From contig OZ242320.1 in NCBI GenBank assembly GCA_965208125.1, positions 1 through 64,000 of the forward strand: a DNA stretch of 64,000 nucleotides. The letters run 5' to 3'. This document shows, piece by piece, positions 35,631 through 45,596 of this stretch (its first letter is position 1; every line of letters begins with the position of its first letter). A model generated the notes under the pieces. That model made no database searches, was not told where the DNA came from, and saw only the letters and a program-made list of their open reading frames with translations. A program made the position numbers and the translations under genes. The DNA comes from Candidatus Latescibacterota bacterium (GTDB taxonomy: Bacteria; Latescibacterota; UBA2968).

Positions 35631-37625
35631 ATGGCTGCAACATCTCCCCAACAAGAATCTCAAGCTATTCCCTCGCGCATCACAGGGCGCTCCGTGCTCT
35701 TTGGCGCACTCACCGCCATTGCCCTCAATGTGTACACAGACCATGCCGGGTTGGTGATGGGATCGTCATCCCTGGTCAAATCGCAATATCCAATGGCCAT
35801 GTTGCTGCCCTTTGTACTCTGGTTATTTGCCAATATCGGTCTCAAAACCTTCTTACCCAAAGCAGCACTTTCGGGCACCGAACTGCTGGTCATCTACAGC
35901 ATGTCCTGGATTGCAGGCGTTATTCCCCTCGAAGGTTGGGCGGCTTATTGGACGAGCACAATGGCCGTGCCCACCTATTATGCGTCACCTGAAAATCGCT
36001 GGACCGAAATTATCTTTGACATCTTGCCCTGGTGGACCCTGCCAGACGTATCGCCTGCGGTTATTCGTCCCTTCTACGATGGATTGCCTCCCTATGGTTC
36101 CATCCCCTGGGCGGGCTGGTTGCAACCCCTATTCTGGTGGACCGCCATCTCATTAGCTGTTTTTGCAGCGGGATTGTGCTTGTGTATTCTCTTCCAACGC
36201 CAGTGGGAAAACCACGAGCGACTCGCCTTTCCGCTCGCGCAATTTGCCGTAGAACTCACATCTGGTTTTGATCAACCCGGACGCGTCCCCGACATATTTC
36301 GCAACAAAATTTTCTGGGCGGGTTTTTTCACTGTTTTTGGCGTCTTCGCGTGGAATATCTTCGGTTATTTCGCCACGGGCTTGCCGCGCATCACCATTTA
36401 TGCCGGGTACCTGAGCAAACAAATCGACCTCGCCCGCGACTTTCCGCCCATTTACCTCCGCATCTTGCCCCCGGTAGTCGGTCTCACCTACTTTTGCAAT
36501 CTCGACATCCTCTTCAGTTTTTGGGTTTTGCGCCTCGTCGCCATAGTCAAACTCGGCATTATGGACCGCACGGGTTTCACCCTGGGTCTGGCCAACCAGC
36601 AGGCAAAATCATCCGAAATCATCAATCTCGAAAGCCACGGCGCCCTTGTTTTATTGGCACTCTGGTCTGTTTGGGCCGCTCGGGGGCATTTGTCTCGCGT
36701 CTGGCAAGCTGTCGTAGAAGGCCGACAGTCTGTTCATAACGACGGTGTTATATCCTACCGCATGGCATTTATCGGCTTTGTTCTGGCAACCACCTTCATC
36801 ATCGGCTGGATGAGTGCAATGGGCATGTCCATACCCATTGCACTCTTGCAAACCGCGCTACTCTATACGGCATATTTCACCGTCGCCAAATTCACGGCCG
36901 CCAGTGGTTTTCCCCATCTCCTACCCGTGTACGGCAAAGGCGGTGGCATGGTCTATACCTTTACTGGCACTGCCAACTTGACCCCCTCGGATTTTGTGGG
37001 TACTGAATTTGTCAACTCCAGCGCCTTCTTTGGCAACACTCGCATTCCCGCATGGCCCGCGCTACCCCACCACCTGAAATTGCACGGCGCAACGCCAAAC
37101 GCCCGCATTGCCCGTATCGCCGCGCTCGCCTTCACCGCGGGCTTGCTCGCATCCTTCATCTTTATTATTTATTTGGCCTATGCCCACGGAGGGCAAAATC
37201 TGCACACAGCCCCATTTTCCGGCCGATCAAACTCGGCCTCGGTCCGCCTCTACAGCAACATGACCAACCACATACTCAACGAACAAAAAACCGTTTTTGA
37301 TCCATATAAAATGGCCGTATGGTTCATCGGTATCTTTGAAGCGCTCGTGCTCATTGGCTTGCGAAGCCGCCTGCCCTGGTGGCCCTTGCACCCGATTGGC
37401 CTCGCCTTTCAAAATACCTCTGGTCCGAGAATCTACAGCTTCTCCATTTTTCTCACCTGGGCGGCCAAATCACTTTTCCTGCGTATCGGCGGCATTGCCC
37501 TGTACCGCCGCGCAGCACCTTATTTTATTGGCCTGCCAGTGGGCTATGTCACCGGCGTCATCGTTTCGTCTATTGTCGATCTCATCTGGTTCCCAACAGG
37601 TGGGCACTGGACACATGGATGGTAA
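35631..37625 (+). CDS. Polytopic membrane protein, DUF6785/DUF6784-like (putative transporter)
   Basis: Many TM helices; RQWENHERLAFPL and LPWWPLHPIGL motifs; start at ATG 35631. Confidence 0.72.
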   Translation: MAATSPQQESQAIPSRITGRSVLFGALTAIALNVYTDHAGLVMGSSSLVKSQYPMAMLLPFVLWLFANIGLKTFLPKAALSGTELLVIYSMSWIAGVIPLEGWAAYWTSTMAVPTYYASPENRWTEIIFDILPWWTLPDVSPAVIRPFYDGLPPYGSIPWAGWLQPLFWWTAISLAVFAAGLCLCILFQRQWENHERLAFPLAQFAVELTSGFDQPGRVPDIFRNKIFWAGFFTVFGVFAWNIFGYFATGLPRITIYAGYLSKQIDLARDFPPIYLRILPPVVGLTYFCNLDILFSFWVLRLVAIVKLGIMDRTGFTLGLANQQAKSSEIINLESHGALVLLALWSVWAARGHLSRVWQAVVEGRQSVHNDGVISYRMAFIGFVLATTFIIGWMSAMGMSIPIALLQTALLYTAYFTVAKFTAASGFPHLLPVYGKGGGMVYTFTGTANLTPSDFVGTEFVNSSAFFGNTRIPAWPALPHHLKLHGATPNARIARIAALAFTAGLLASFIFIIYLAYAHGGQNLHTAPFSGRSNSASVRLYSNMTNHILNEQKTVFDPYKMAVWFIGIFEALVLIGLRSRLPWWPLHPIGLAFQNTSGPRIYSFSIFLTWAAKSLFLRIGGIALYRRAAPYFIGLPVGYVTGVIVSSIVDLIWFPTGGHWTHGW

Positions 37626-37681
37626 TTGGGAATAAAAATTAAGGGTTAGGTAGATTGACCGCTGATTAAGAAAGGTTCCTC

Positions 37682-38401
37682 ATGTCCAAACAAAAACACA
37701 TTCTCATCACAGGTGGTGCGGGCTTTGTCGCTGGCATGTTGCGTCAGCACTGGGGCGCGACCTATCGCCTTCGGCTTGCAGATGTGAACCAGATAGAAAA
37801 TCTTGCAGATCACGAAGAATTTGTCCGGATGGATATAACCAATCTCGACGAATTTCAAGCTGCTTGCCGGGACATTCATACCGTTATCCATCTCGCAGCC
37901 GACCGCAGTCCGCGTGCCGACTTTTACGAAACCTTGCTCGACCTCAACATTATCGGCGCATACAACGCCTTTCACTCTGCACATCTGTGTGGTTGCAAAC
38001 GCATTGTTTTTGCCAGTTCGGTCAATGCTGTTTTGGGCTACCCGGGCGATTCCTCCATCGAATGGGATGTGCCCGTATTTCCCACCAATGTCTATGGTGC
38101 CACCAAATGCTGGGGCGAAGCCCTTGCGCGGGTATATTCCGAAACCCATGGACTATCCTGCATCTGTGTGCGCCTGGGCGGGCCGAGATGGAATACCGAT
38201 GAAATTTACGATTCAGACAAAACCAGCATGCTCATCAGCCCCAGAGATACCGCGCAACTTTTTCAAAAATGCGTGGAAGCAGATACCGACTTTGCCATTG
38301 TACATGGCGTATCTGATCACAAAAAATCCTATCTCGGAATTGATAGGACCAGGGAAGTATTGGGCTACGCCCCACAAGACGGCACAGCAAAAAGGCCGTA
38401 A
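37682..38401 (+). CDS. NAD-dependent epimerase/dehydrogenase (uronate dehydrogenase-like SDR)
   Basis: ILITGGAGFVA, FASS, YGATK, ISPRD. Confidence 0.85.
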   Translation: MSKQKHILITGGAGFVAGMLRQHWGATYRLRLADVNQIENLADHEEFVRMDITNLDEFQAACRDIHTVIHLAADRSPRADFYETLLDLNIIGAYNAFHSAHLCGCKRIVFASSVNAVLGYPGDSSIEWDVPVFPTNVYGATKCWGEALARVYSETHGLSCICVRLGGPRWNTDEIYDSDKTSMLISPRDTAQLFQKCVEADTDFAIVHGVSDHKKSYLGIDRTREVLGYAPQDGTAKRP

Positions 38402-38410
38402 ACAGAAAGG

Positions 38411-38869
38411 ATGCCCATGGGAAAGGGAAAATTCTCATCGACAAAAACATATCACGATCTGCCCTGTGCACATCGTCAGGGATACCACGATGGTCACTGT
38501 CGCTTTATTCACGGATACAACCGCGAGATCACGTTTTATTTTACCTGCAACGAACTCGACGAAAACCACTTTGTCGTCGATTTTAGCAAGCTCAAAAAGC
38601 TCAAAGCCTGGTTGGAACACATGTTTGACCACACCATGCTCATCAACGAAAATGATCCCGAACGCGAATTTTTTGAAGAAATGCACCGCCGGGGGCTGAT
38701 CGATCTGCGAATTATGCCTAACTCTGGCATGGAAGCGTCATCAAAATATGTCTTTGATTATGCCGACAAACTCGTGCGCGACATGACCCAAAACCGATGC
38801 TGGGTCTATAAAGTTGAAACCCGCGAAAACATGAAAAACTCAGGCATATACGAACTTGTAGATGGCTGA
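38411..38869 (+). CDS. queD: 6-carboxytetrahydropterin synthase (QueD/PTPS family)
   Basis: CAHRQ...CRFIHGY, VVDF, FDH, ETRENMKNS. Confidence 0.8.
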   Translation: MPMGKGKFSSTKTYHDLPCAHRQGYHDGHCRFIHGYNREITFYFTCNELDENHFVVDFSKLKKLKAWLEHMFDHTMLINENDPEREFFEEMHRRGLIDLRIMPNSGMEASSKYVFDYADKLVRDMTQNRCWVYKVETRENMKNSGIYELVDG

Positions 38870-38971
38870 ACCGCGCACCTTTTTCTATCTACTGCACAAA
38901 ATACTGCACATATTTTTTCTAATAACACAATAAATTATTTATAAACAATAGTTTATTGTGTTATTTTTTTC

Positions 38972-39000
38972 TTGACTTATGAACAAATGTTCACTATATT
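38972..39000 (+). promoter_or_regulatory. Sigma-70 promoter with a LexA-like (GAAC-N4-GTTC) operator in the spacer
   Basis: TTGACT (38972)-17 bp-TATATT (38995); palindrome TGAAC-AAAT-GTTCA at 38980-38993. Confidence 0.75.
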
Positions 39001-39088
39001 TTTCTTCGTCATAACTGAGGTCATTTCACAGAAACAGACAGATCTTTCGCACAGAGTATAGGACCTCAGAACGCCATAAGGAGGAAAC

Positions 39089-40096
39089 ATGATTCCCGAA
39101 ATGAACCAACACCGCACCCCCACCCAGCAACCCCTTCGCAAAGCACCAGGGCAAGGTGCAGATCGAGTCTATACCTCACCCCCTGTAGGTGATGAACCCT
39201 CTCTGGCCTATTACTACAAGGAGATTGAACGACATCCACTGCTCACGCCAGACGAAGAAAAAGCCCTGACAGAGCAAATTGCCCTGGGCAACCTGCCAGG
39301 TGCGAGTGCGAGTGCTCGGCAGGCAGGAGAGCAGGCCCGAGAAAAGCTCATCACCAGCAACCTGCGCTTTGTTATTCACATTGCCAAAAATTTTAAGAAT
39401 CAAGGGCTTCCCCTGGCCGACCTCATCAATGAAGGCAACATGGGTTTAATGACTGCCGCCCGCAAATTCAAACCCGAAAAAGGTTACAAATTCATCACTT
39501 ACGCAGTCTGGTGGATACGGCAGAACATCCTCAAAGCCCTCGAAGTTCAAACCCGATCCATCCGGATTCCCGGCAATGTTGTCAACGACCTCAACAAACT
39601 GCGGAAAGTCGAAGCTGAAATGACTCAACACCTCGACCGGCATCCCGATGCCGATGAACTCGCCCGAGAAACCGATCTACCTTTAAAAAAAGTCACACAC
39701 ACCCTCGAATCGGCCTATAACACCATATCGCTGGATACCCCAATGTACGATGAAGTCACAAACTCAGCGCCACGGGCTGTCACCCTGCAAGAAACTCTAT
39801 CGGATCCCCAAATATTGTCTCCAGAAGACGCCTATATCCAAAACACTATGCACAATGATATACACAACGCGCTCGGTGCCTTGCCAGATCGCGATCGGCA
39901 AATTCTACATCTCTATTACGGTTTCAGCGACCCGACAGAACGCGCCGAAGTCAGTAGTTCAAAACCCGCAACCTATCAACAAATAGGTAACAAACTGGGG
40001 GTAAGTAGAGAGCGAGTGCGCCAACTCAAAGAAGAGGCACTCAATCGGCTGCGGCATCCTACCCACAGTAAGCGACTTGCCACCTATTGTAGTTAA
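39089..40096 (+). CDS. Alternative RpoD/SigA-family sigma factor lacking region 1.1
   Basis: YYKEIERHPLLTPDEE (region 1.2), SNLRFVIHIAK, DLINEGNMGL, YAVWWIRQ, GVSRERVRQL; SD AAGGAGG. Confidence 0.92.
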   Translation: MIPEMNQHRTPTQQPLRKAPGQGADRVYTSPPVGDEPSLAYYYKEIERHPLLTPDEEKALTEQIALGNLPGASASARQAGEQAREKLITSNLRFVIHIAKNFKNQGLPLADLINEGNMGLMTAARKFKPEKGYKFITYAVWWIRQNILKALEVQTRSIRIPGNVVNDLNKLRKVEAEMTQHLDRHPDADELARETDLPLKKVTHTLESAYNTISLDTPMYDEVTNSAPRAVTLQETLSDPQILSPEDAYIQNTMHNDIHNALGALPDRDRQILHLYYGFSDPTERAEVSSSKPATYQQIGNKLGVSRERVRQLKEEALNRLRHPTHSKRLATYCS

Positions 40097-40143
40097 AGTG
40101 AGGAATATTACCCTGCGTGCTCCTAAAACACAGCCAAAAAATC

Positions 40144-40175
40144 AGAGCGTCGGCGCGATTTGCCGACGCTCTTTT
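40144..40175 (+). terminator. Intrinsic terminator after the sigma gene
   Basis: AGAGCGTCGGCG-CGAT-TTGCCGACGCTCTTTT. Confidence 0.8.
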
Positions 40176-40279
40176 GTATTTATACTTGCGTCTAAAGCCA
40201 AAACCTTGCTATTTACAATATTCAAACGATATTTTCGATAAATTGTACACCGCTTATTAGCTCACAATGTGAATTAACT

Positions 40280-41092
40280 ATGAAAATCCTCATCATCTCC
40301 ACACTCGGTGCACTCATCCTACTCGGCGCAGGTGTGTACATTGTTTTTCAACTTTCAGAGCGCGACCAAATTGAAGGCAAATCCTTCTTTCGCCTTGAAA
40401 GTCGCTGGCTTTACGGCTTTTTGAGCTATGCATCTGTCATTGTCATCACTTTCCTGGTCCTGATTTTGCAAACCTCGCTCACGCGCCAGGAGCAAACCCT
40501 TGAAAATACCCAGGCGCGATTCCAGCAAGAACTCACGGCTTTTCGCGAGCGACTCGGCGACCAAACCGACCGTCTCATGTCCCAAATTAATGAAAAAGCT
40601 ATCCTCACCGGATCTGAAGTCGAGGTACGCGGCAAGCTATCCAATGAAATCGCCCATCATCAACGCACCCGCACAGAACTTGCCGCTACACGCGAACAAT
40701 TGCGCCTCACACAAAGTGACTTAAATCGGGAAATTCTCGCACACCACGCCTATCTGGACAGCCTCAACACCGAAAAATCGCTTCACGCATCAACCCAAAA
40801 TCGACTCAAGCGTGAGGAAACACAACACGCCAAAAGCCGCGAGACACTGCGAACTACTCGACAGCAACTCGACCGCGCCAACGAGAGACTCAATGTACAA
40901 AATCGCCAGATTAAAGCACTGAGAAGCGACCTCAAAAACGCGCAGGACAACGCCAACAATGCGCGCCAGATGACCAGTCGCCTCTTACAGCAATCCGGTG
41001 ACCATCAGCGGGCACTCATAACCCTTCAGGCCACCGTCGATTCTCTCTTTCTAAAAGAATTTAAACGCCCCCGAGTTCCTTCAGACAAATAG
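40280..41092 (+). CDS. Hypothetical 2-TM coiled-coil protein
   Basis: Two N-terminal TM helices and a long coiled coil with 14-residue LxxExxxH repeats. Confidence 0.75.
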   Translation: MKILIISTLGALILLGAGVYIVFQLSERDQIEGKSFFRLESRWLYGFLSYASVIVITFLVLILQTSLTRQEQTLENTQARFQQELTAFRERLGDQTDRLMSQINEKAILTGSEVEVRGKLSNEIAHHQRTRTELAATREQLRLTQSDLNREILAHHAYLDSLNTEKSLHASTQNRLKREETQHAKSRETLRTTRQQLDRANERLNVQNRQIKALRSDLKNAQDNANNARQMTSRLLQQSGDHQRALITLQATVDSLFLKEFKRPRVPSDK

Positions 41093-41110
41093 AATAGGAG
41101 AAAACGCACC

Positions 41111-42274
41111 GTGAAACTCAAAATCCTCCTTCCCATCATTGTCCTGATCATCGGCATGGTAGGTGCTTTTGCACTTGTCAAAAGCCGGGAAGTCGTCCAG
41201 CCCAAACCAACGGAAGTACCCCCGCCGCTCGTGCGCGTTCAATCCGTTCATACCACAGACTTTCAACTCGTTATTCCAGCGCAAGGCACAGTTGCCCCGC
41301 GCACGCAGACCACACTTATCTCACAAGTATCAGGCCAAATCATTGAAGTATCACCAGTATTTGCCAACGGGGGATTTTTTGAAAAAGGCGATGTCCTGCT
41401 CACCATTGATCCACGCGATTACGAAGTCGCTGTAGCACAGGCACAGGTTCAGGTCGCACAGGCCAAATTGCGATTGGCACGCGAAGAAGAAGAAGCCGCA
41501 ATTGCCCGCGACGAATGGAAACGCCTGGGCAATGGAGATCCAACCGATCTCGTCTTGCGCAAACCACAAATTGACGAAGCCCGTGCGACCATAGCCGCTG
41601 CCGAAGGCGCACTGATGCGCGCCAATCTCAACCTCGAACGCACGCAAATTAGAGCACCTTATCCCGGACGCGTTCGCACCAAAAATGCCGATATCGGGCA
41701 ATACGTCAACCCCGGTTCACCGCTCGGTCATATTTACGCAATTGACTATGCCGAAGTGCGCCTGCCCGTGCCCGATGAGCAACTCGCTTACCTGGACCTG
41801 CCGTTCTCCTTCCGCAATAATCCCCATGATAATTCAGGCCCCGATGTGCGCTTCCACGCCACATTTGCCGGACAGAAACACACCTATATGGGACGCATTG
41901 TGCGCGTTGAAGGCGAAATTGACACGCGCTCTGGCATGATCGCGCTCGTCGGGCGCGTGGATAACCCATACCGCCAGCGCGATAGCAACACGCCGCCATT
42001 AGCTGTGGGTCTGTTTGTCACTGCAGAAATCCTGGGCCAGCGCGCGGAAAACGTCGTGATCATCCCGCGCGCTGCACTGCGCGGCAAAAATCGCGTCCTC
42101 GTGGTCACGGGCAATCGCCTCTATTATCGAACCATCGACATCTTGCGCGCCGACGCAGAAAAAGTCGTTGTTAAAAGCGGTCTAAAATCGGGAGATCAAC
42201 TCTGCGTATCGCCAATCGATACTGTCGTAGATGGCATGCGCGTGCGCACCGTACGCACTGGAGGAACACAATGA
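41111..42274 (+). CDS. RND efflux periplasmic adaptor (MFP)
   Basis: N-terminal anchor, QVSGQI, GDVLLTIDPRDY, LERTQIRAPYPG. Confidence 0.92.
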   Translation: MKLKILLPIIVLIIGMVGAFALVKSREVVQPKPTEVPPPLVRVQSVHTTDFQLVIPAQGTVAPRTQTTLISQVSGQIIEVSPVFANGGFFEKGDVLLTIDPRDYEVAVAQAQVQVAQAKLRLAREEEEAAIARDEWKRLGNGDPTDLVLRKPQIDEARATIAAAEGALMRANLNLERTQIRAPYPGRVRTKNADIGQYVNPGSPLGHIYAIDYAEVRLPVPDEQLAYLDLPFSFRNNPHDNSGPDVRFHATFAGQKHTYMGRIVRVEGEIDTRSGMIALVGRVDNPYRQRDSNTPPLAVGLFVTAEILGQRAENVVIIPRAALRGKNRVLVVTGNRLYYRTIDILRADAEKVVVKSGLKSGDQLCVSPIDTVVDGMRVRTVRTGGTQ

Positions 42275-45200
42275 AAAATGCCATTGAATGGTTTGCCCGA
42301 AACAGCGTGGCGGCCAATCTGTTGATGGTGTTGATCCTGGGAGGTGGCATTTTTCTCACATCCAGTATTCGCATGGAAGTCTTCCCAGAATTTTCACAGG
42401 ACATGATCAATATCTCTATGATCTATCGAGGCGCTGCTCCCGAAGAAGTCGAAGAAGCCATCTGCATACGCATCGAAGAAGCTGTGCTGGGTCTCGACGG
42501 CATTGAGCGCATCACCTCCACGGCATCGGAGAACAGCGGTGTTGTCAACATTGAACTCGAGTCGGGTGCTGATATGCGCAAATTGCTCGACGATGTCAAA
42601 GCTCGCGTAGATGCCATCACCACGTTTCCAGTGGAAACGGAAAAACCCATCATTCGAGAAATCACCAACCGCCGCCAGGTCATCAACGTTGCTATCTCGG
42701 GACCGACAGATGAAAAAACCCTCAAAACAATTGGCGAGCAAGTCAGAGACGACATTGCAACCATTCCCGGCATCACACAGGTAGATCTCGTCAGCACACG
42801 TCCTTACGAAATCGCCATCGAAGTCTCGGAAAATGACCTGAGGCGTTACGACCTCACCTTTAATGAAATTGCCATGGCCGTGAGGCGTTTCTCACTTGAT
42901 CTGCCCGGCGGCGCCATTCGAACAAAGGGCGGCGAAATCCTGTTGCGCACCAAAGGGCAGGCATATCGTGGCAAAGAATTTGAATCGCTCGTCTTGCGCT
43001 CTCGCCCTGATGGCACGCATCTTCGCCTGGGCGATGTCGCCACAGTCATCGACGGGTTTGCCGAAACAGACCAATCTGCTCAATTTGATGCAGAACCCAC
43101 CGTGACGGTCAAGGTTTATCGCGTAGGCGATCAAAATGCTCTGGACATTACCGAAAAAGTCAAAGCCTATATCAATAATACACAACAGCGCATGCCCGAT
43201 GGCATCAAACTCACCGTCTGGGCAGACTTTTCTCGCATCTTAAATGACCGCCTGGAACTCATGCTGCACAATGGTCAACTGGGTTTTATCCTCGTCTTTA
43301 TCGCGCTGACGATGTTTCTCCGATTGCGCCTCGCCTTCTGGGTTGCTCTGGGCATTCCCATCTCATTTCTCGGCGCAATCGGCCTGATGCCCTTCTTCGA
43401 CATCTCCATCAACATGATCTCCCTTTTTGCATTTATCGTGGTGCTCGGCATCGTTGTGGATGATGCGGTCATTGTAGGAGAAAACATCTATCGCCATTAC
43501 CAAATGGGCAAACGCGGTTTGCGTGCAGCCATTGACGGCGCGCAAGAAGTATATGTTCCCGTCATTTTTGCTATCCTCACATCTATTGCCGCCTTCTCAC
43601 CCCTGCTCACCGTTGAAGGCAGCATGGGAAAAATCATGAGACTCATTCCCATGATTGTCATCCTCACCCTTATCTTTTCACTCATCGAATCGCTCTTTAT
43701 TTTACCAGCGCATCTCGCACACGCCAAAATAGATTCAAAAAAAGACAGCGATCCCCCGCGCAAACGCGCTATTGTCACTCTGTGGCAACGCGTTCAAAAT
43801 GGCGTGGCCGATGGTTTGCTCATTGCTGTTGACCGCTATTATCGTCCCTTTCTCGAATGGGCACTTCAATGGCGGTATCTGACCCTCGCAGGGGGTGTTG
43901 CCACGCTCTTTCTCACCGTGGGCCTCGTTGGCGGCGGATGGATCAAGTTCGTCTTTTTTCCCAACGTCGAATCCGATAATATCGTAGCTATGCTCACCAT
44001 GCCCCAGGGCACACCTGCCGAGGTCACTGAAAAAGCAGTGCGCCGCCTGGAGGCGTCAGCGCAGCAACTCCAACGGGAAATAGAAGGCGAGAAATCAGGT
44101 GGGGTATTTCGCCATGTTTTCGCATCTGTGGGCGAACAGCCCTATCGCGCAGCACAAGGTCCGCCCACCGGGAATGCCGCCTCATTTTCATCGGCACATC
44201 TGGGCGAAGTCTATATTGAACTCGTGCCTTCGGAAAATCGCGACATCAGCAGTGAGGAAATTGCCAACCGCTGGCGCGAACTCACCGGCGCTATTCCCGA
44301 CGCGGTCGAACTGACCTACTCATCCTCGCTATTTTCATCTGGCGAAGCCATCAATATCCAGTTCTCAGGTCCCGATTACGGCGAATTGCGCGAAGTCGCC
44401 GAAAAATTCAAAAGCGCATTAAATGACTATCCCGGTGTCTTTGACATCGCCGATTCATTTCGCCCGGGGAAAGAGGAAGTAAAACTCTCTCTCACCCGAC
44501 AGGCCGAAACCCTGGGCATCACATTGTCTGACCTCGCACGCCAGGTCAGACAGGCATTTTACGGCGAAGAAGCGCAACGCATTCAGCGTGGTCGCGACGA
44601 CATCCGCGTGATGGTGCGCTATCCCGAATCAGAGCGGCGGTCCCTGGGTAACCTCGAAGACATGCGCATTCGCACGCCCAGCGGTGGCGAAGTGCCCTTT
44701 TCAATCGCCGCCAGAGCAGAACCCGGTCGGGGCTACGCATCCATCCGGCGCGCCGACCGCCAGAGAGTTATCAACGTTACTTCCGATGTCGATATAAGCA
44801 TCGCCAATGCAAACGAGATCATCGCCGAATGCACCCGCACTGTCTTGCCTCAAATACTGGCAGACCACCCCCGCGTGCGCTACGATTTTGAAGGCCAGCA
44901 AAGAGAACAGGATGAAATGCTACAGGGACTGGCCCAAAGCTTCGTTATCGCCTTACTGGTCATTTATATTTTGCTCGCCATTCCCTTCAAATCTTATGTC
45001 CAACCCCTCATTGTGATGGGAGCCATCCCATTTGGAATCGTCGGCGCGGTCTGGGGGCATGTCGCTCTCGGATTTAATCTCTCTATTCTCTCCGTATTTG
45101 GCATCGTTGCACTTACAGGTATCGTCGTCAATGACAGTCTGGTCATGGTCGATTTTATCAACAAACAACGCGAGAAAGGCCATGCACTTTCCGACGCCCT

Positions 45201-45480
45201 CCGCGAAGCCGGTGCTGTGCGTTTCCGTCCCATACTCTTGACCTCGGTCACGACATTTCTCGGCCTCACGCCCCTGCTATTAGAAAAAAGCCTTCAGGCG
45301 CAATTCCTGGTTCCCATGGCCATATCCCTCGGTTTTGGCGTTCTCTTTGCAACCGTCATCACCCTCTTGCTCGTTCCCATCAGCTACAATATACTCGAAG
45401 ACATCATCAATGCCTTTTACCGCCTTATCGGGCGCGAACGCGGCGCATTCCGCGCAGACCTGAATCGCGCAGCGGATTAA
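42271..45480 (+). CDS. RND efflux permease (AcrB/AcrD/AcrF family)
   Basis: GIVVDDAVIVGENI, GIVVNDSLV, RFRPILLTS; 1069 aa. Confidence 0.95.
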   Translation: MKNAIEWFARNSVAANLLMVLILGGGIFLTSSIRMEVFPEFSQDMINISMIYRGAAPEEVEEAICIRIEEAVLGLDGIERITSTASENSGVVNIELESGADMRKLLDDVKARVDAITTFPVETEKPIIREITNRRQVINVAISGPTDEKTLKTIGEQVRDDIATIPGITQVDLVSTRPYEIAIEVSENDLRRYDLTFNEIAMAVRRFSLDLPGGAIRTKGGEILLRTKGQAYRGKEFESLVLRSRPDGTHLRLGDVATVIDGFAETDQSAQFDAEPTVTVKVYRVGDQNALDITEKVKAYINNTQQRMPDGIKLTVWADFSRILNDRLELMLHNGQLGFILVFIALTMFLRLRLAFWVALGIPISFLGAIGLMPFFDISINMISLFAFIVVLGIVVDDAVIVGENIYRHYQMGKRGLRAAIDGAQEVYVPVIFAILTSIAAFSPLLTVEGSMGKIMRLIPMIVILTLIFSLIESLFILPAHLAHAKIDSKKDSDPPRKRAIVTLWQRVQNGVADGLLIAVDRYYRPFLEWALQWRYLTLAGGVATLFLTVGLVGGGWIKFVFFPNVESDNIVAMLTMPQGTPAEVTEKAVRRLEASAQQLQREIEGEKSGGVFRHVFASVGEQPYRAAQGPPTGNAASFSSAHLGEVYIELVPSENRDISSEEIANRWRELTGAIPDAVELTYSSSLFSSGEAINIQFSGPDYGELREVAEKFKSALNDYPGVFDIADSFRPGKEEVKLSLTRQAETLGITLSDLARQVRQAFYGEEAQRIQRGRDDIRVMVRYPESERRSLGNLEDMRIRTPSGGEVPFSIAARAEPGRGYASIRRADRQRVINVTSDVDISIANANEIIAECTRTVLPQILADHPRVRYDFEGQQREQDEMLQGLAQSFVIALLVIYILLAIPFKSYVQPLIVMGAIPFGIVGAVWGHVALGFNLSILSVFGIVALTGIVVNDSLVMVDFINKQREKGHALSDALREAGAVRFRPILLTSVTTFLGLTPLLLEKSLQAQFLVPMAISLGFGVLFATVITLLLVPISYNILEDIINAFYRLIGRERGAFRADLNRAAD

Positions 45481-45513
45481 TCGTGTTGTCCCAATTCAAA
45501 ATTTCCCTCACTA

Positions 45514-45542
45514 TTGACAAGCTATTTCAATGCGTGTACATT
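45514..45542 (+). promoter_or_regulatory. Putative sigma-70 promoter of the sulfatase unit
   Basis: TTGACA-17 bp-TACATT. Confidence 0.6.
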
Positions 45543-45596
45543 GCGCTCACGGCTTATAACGCACACCTGTATGCCTCAAATTTGAAAGGATAACCA

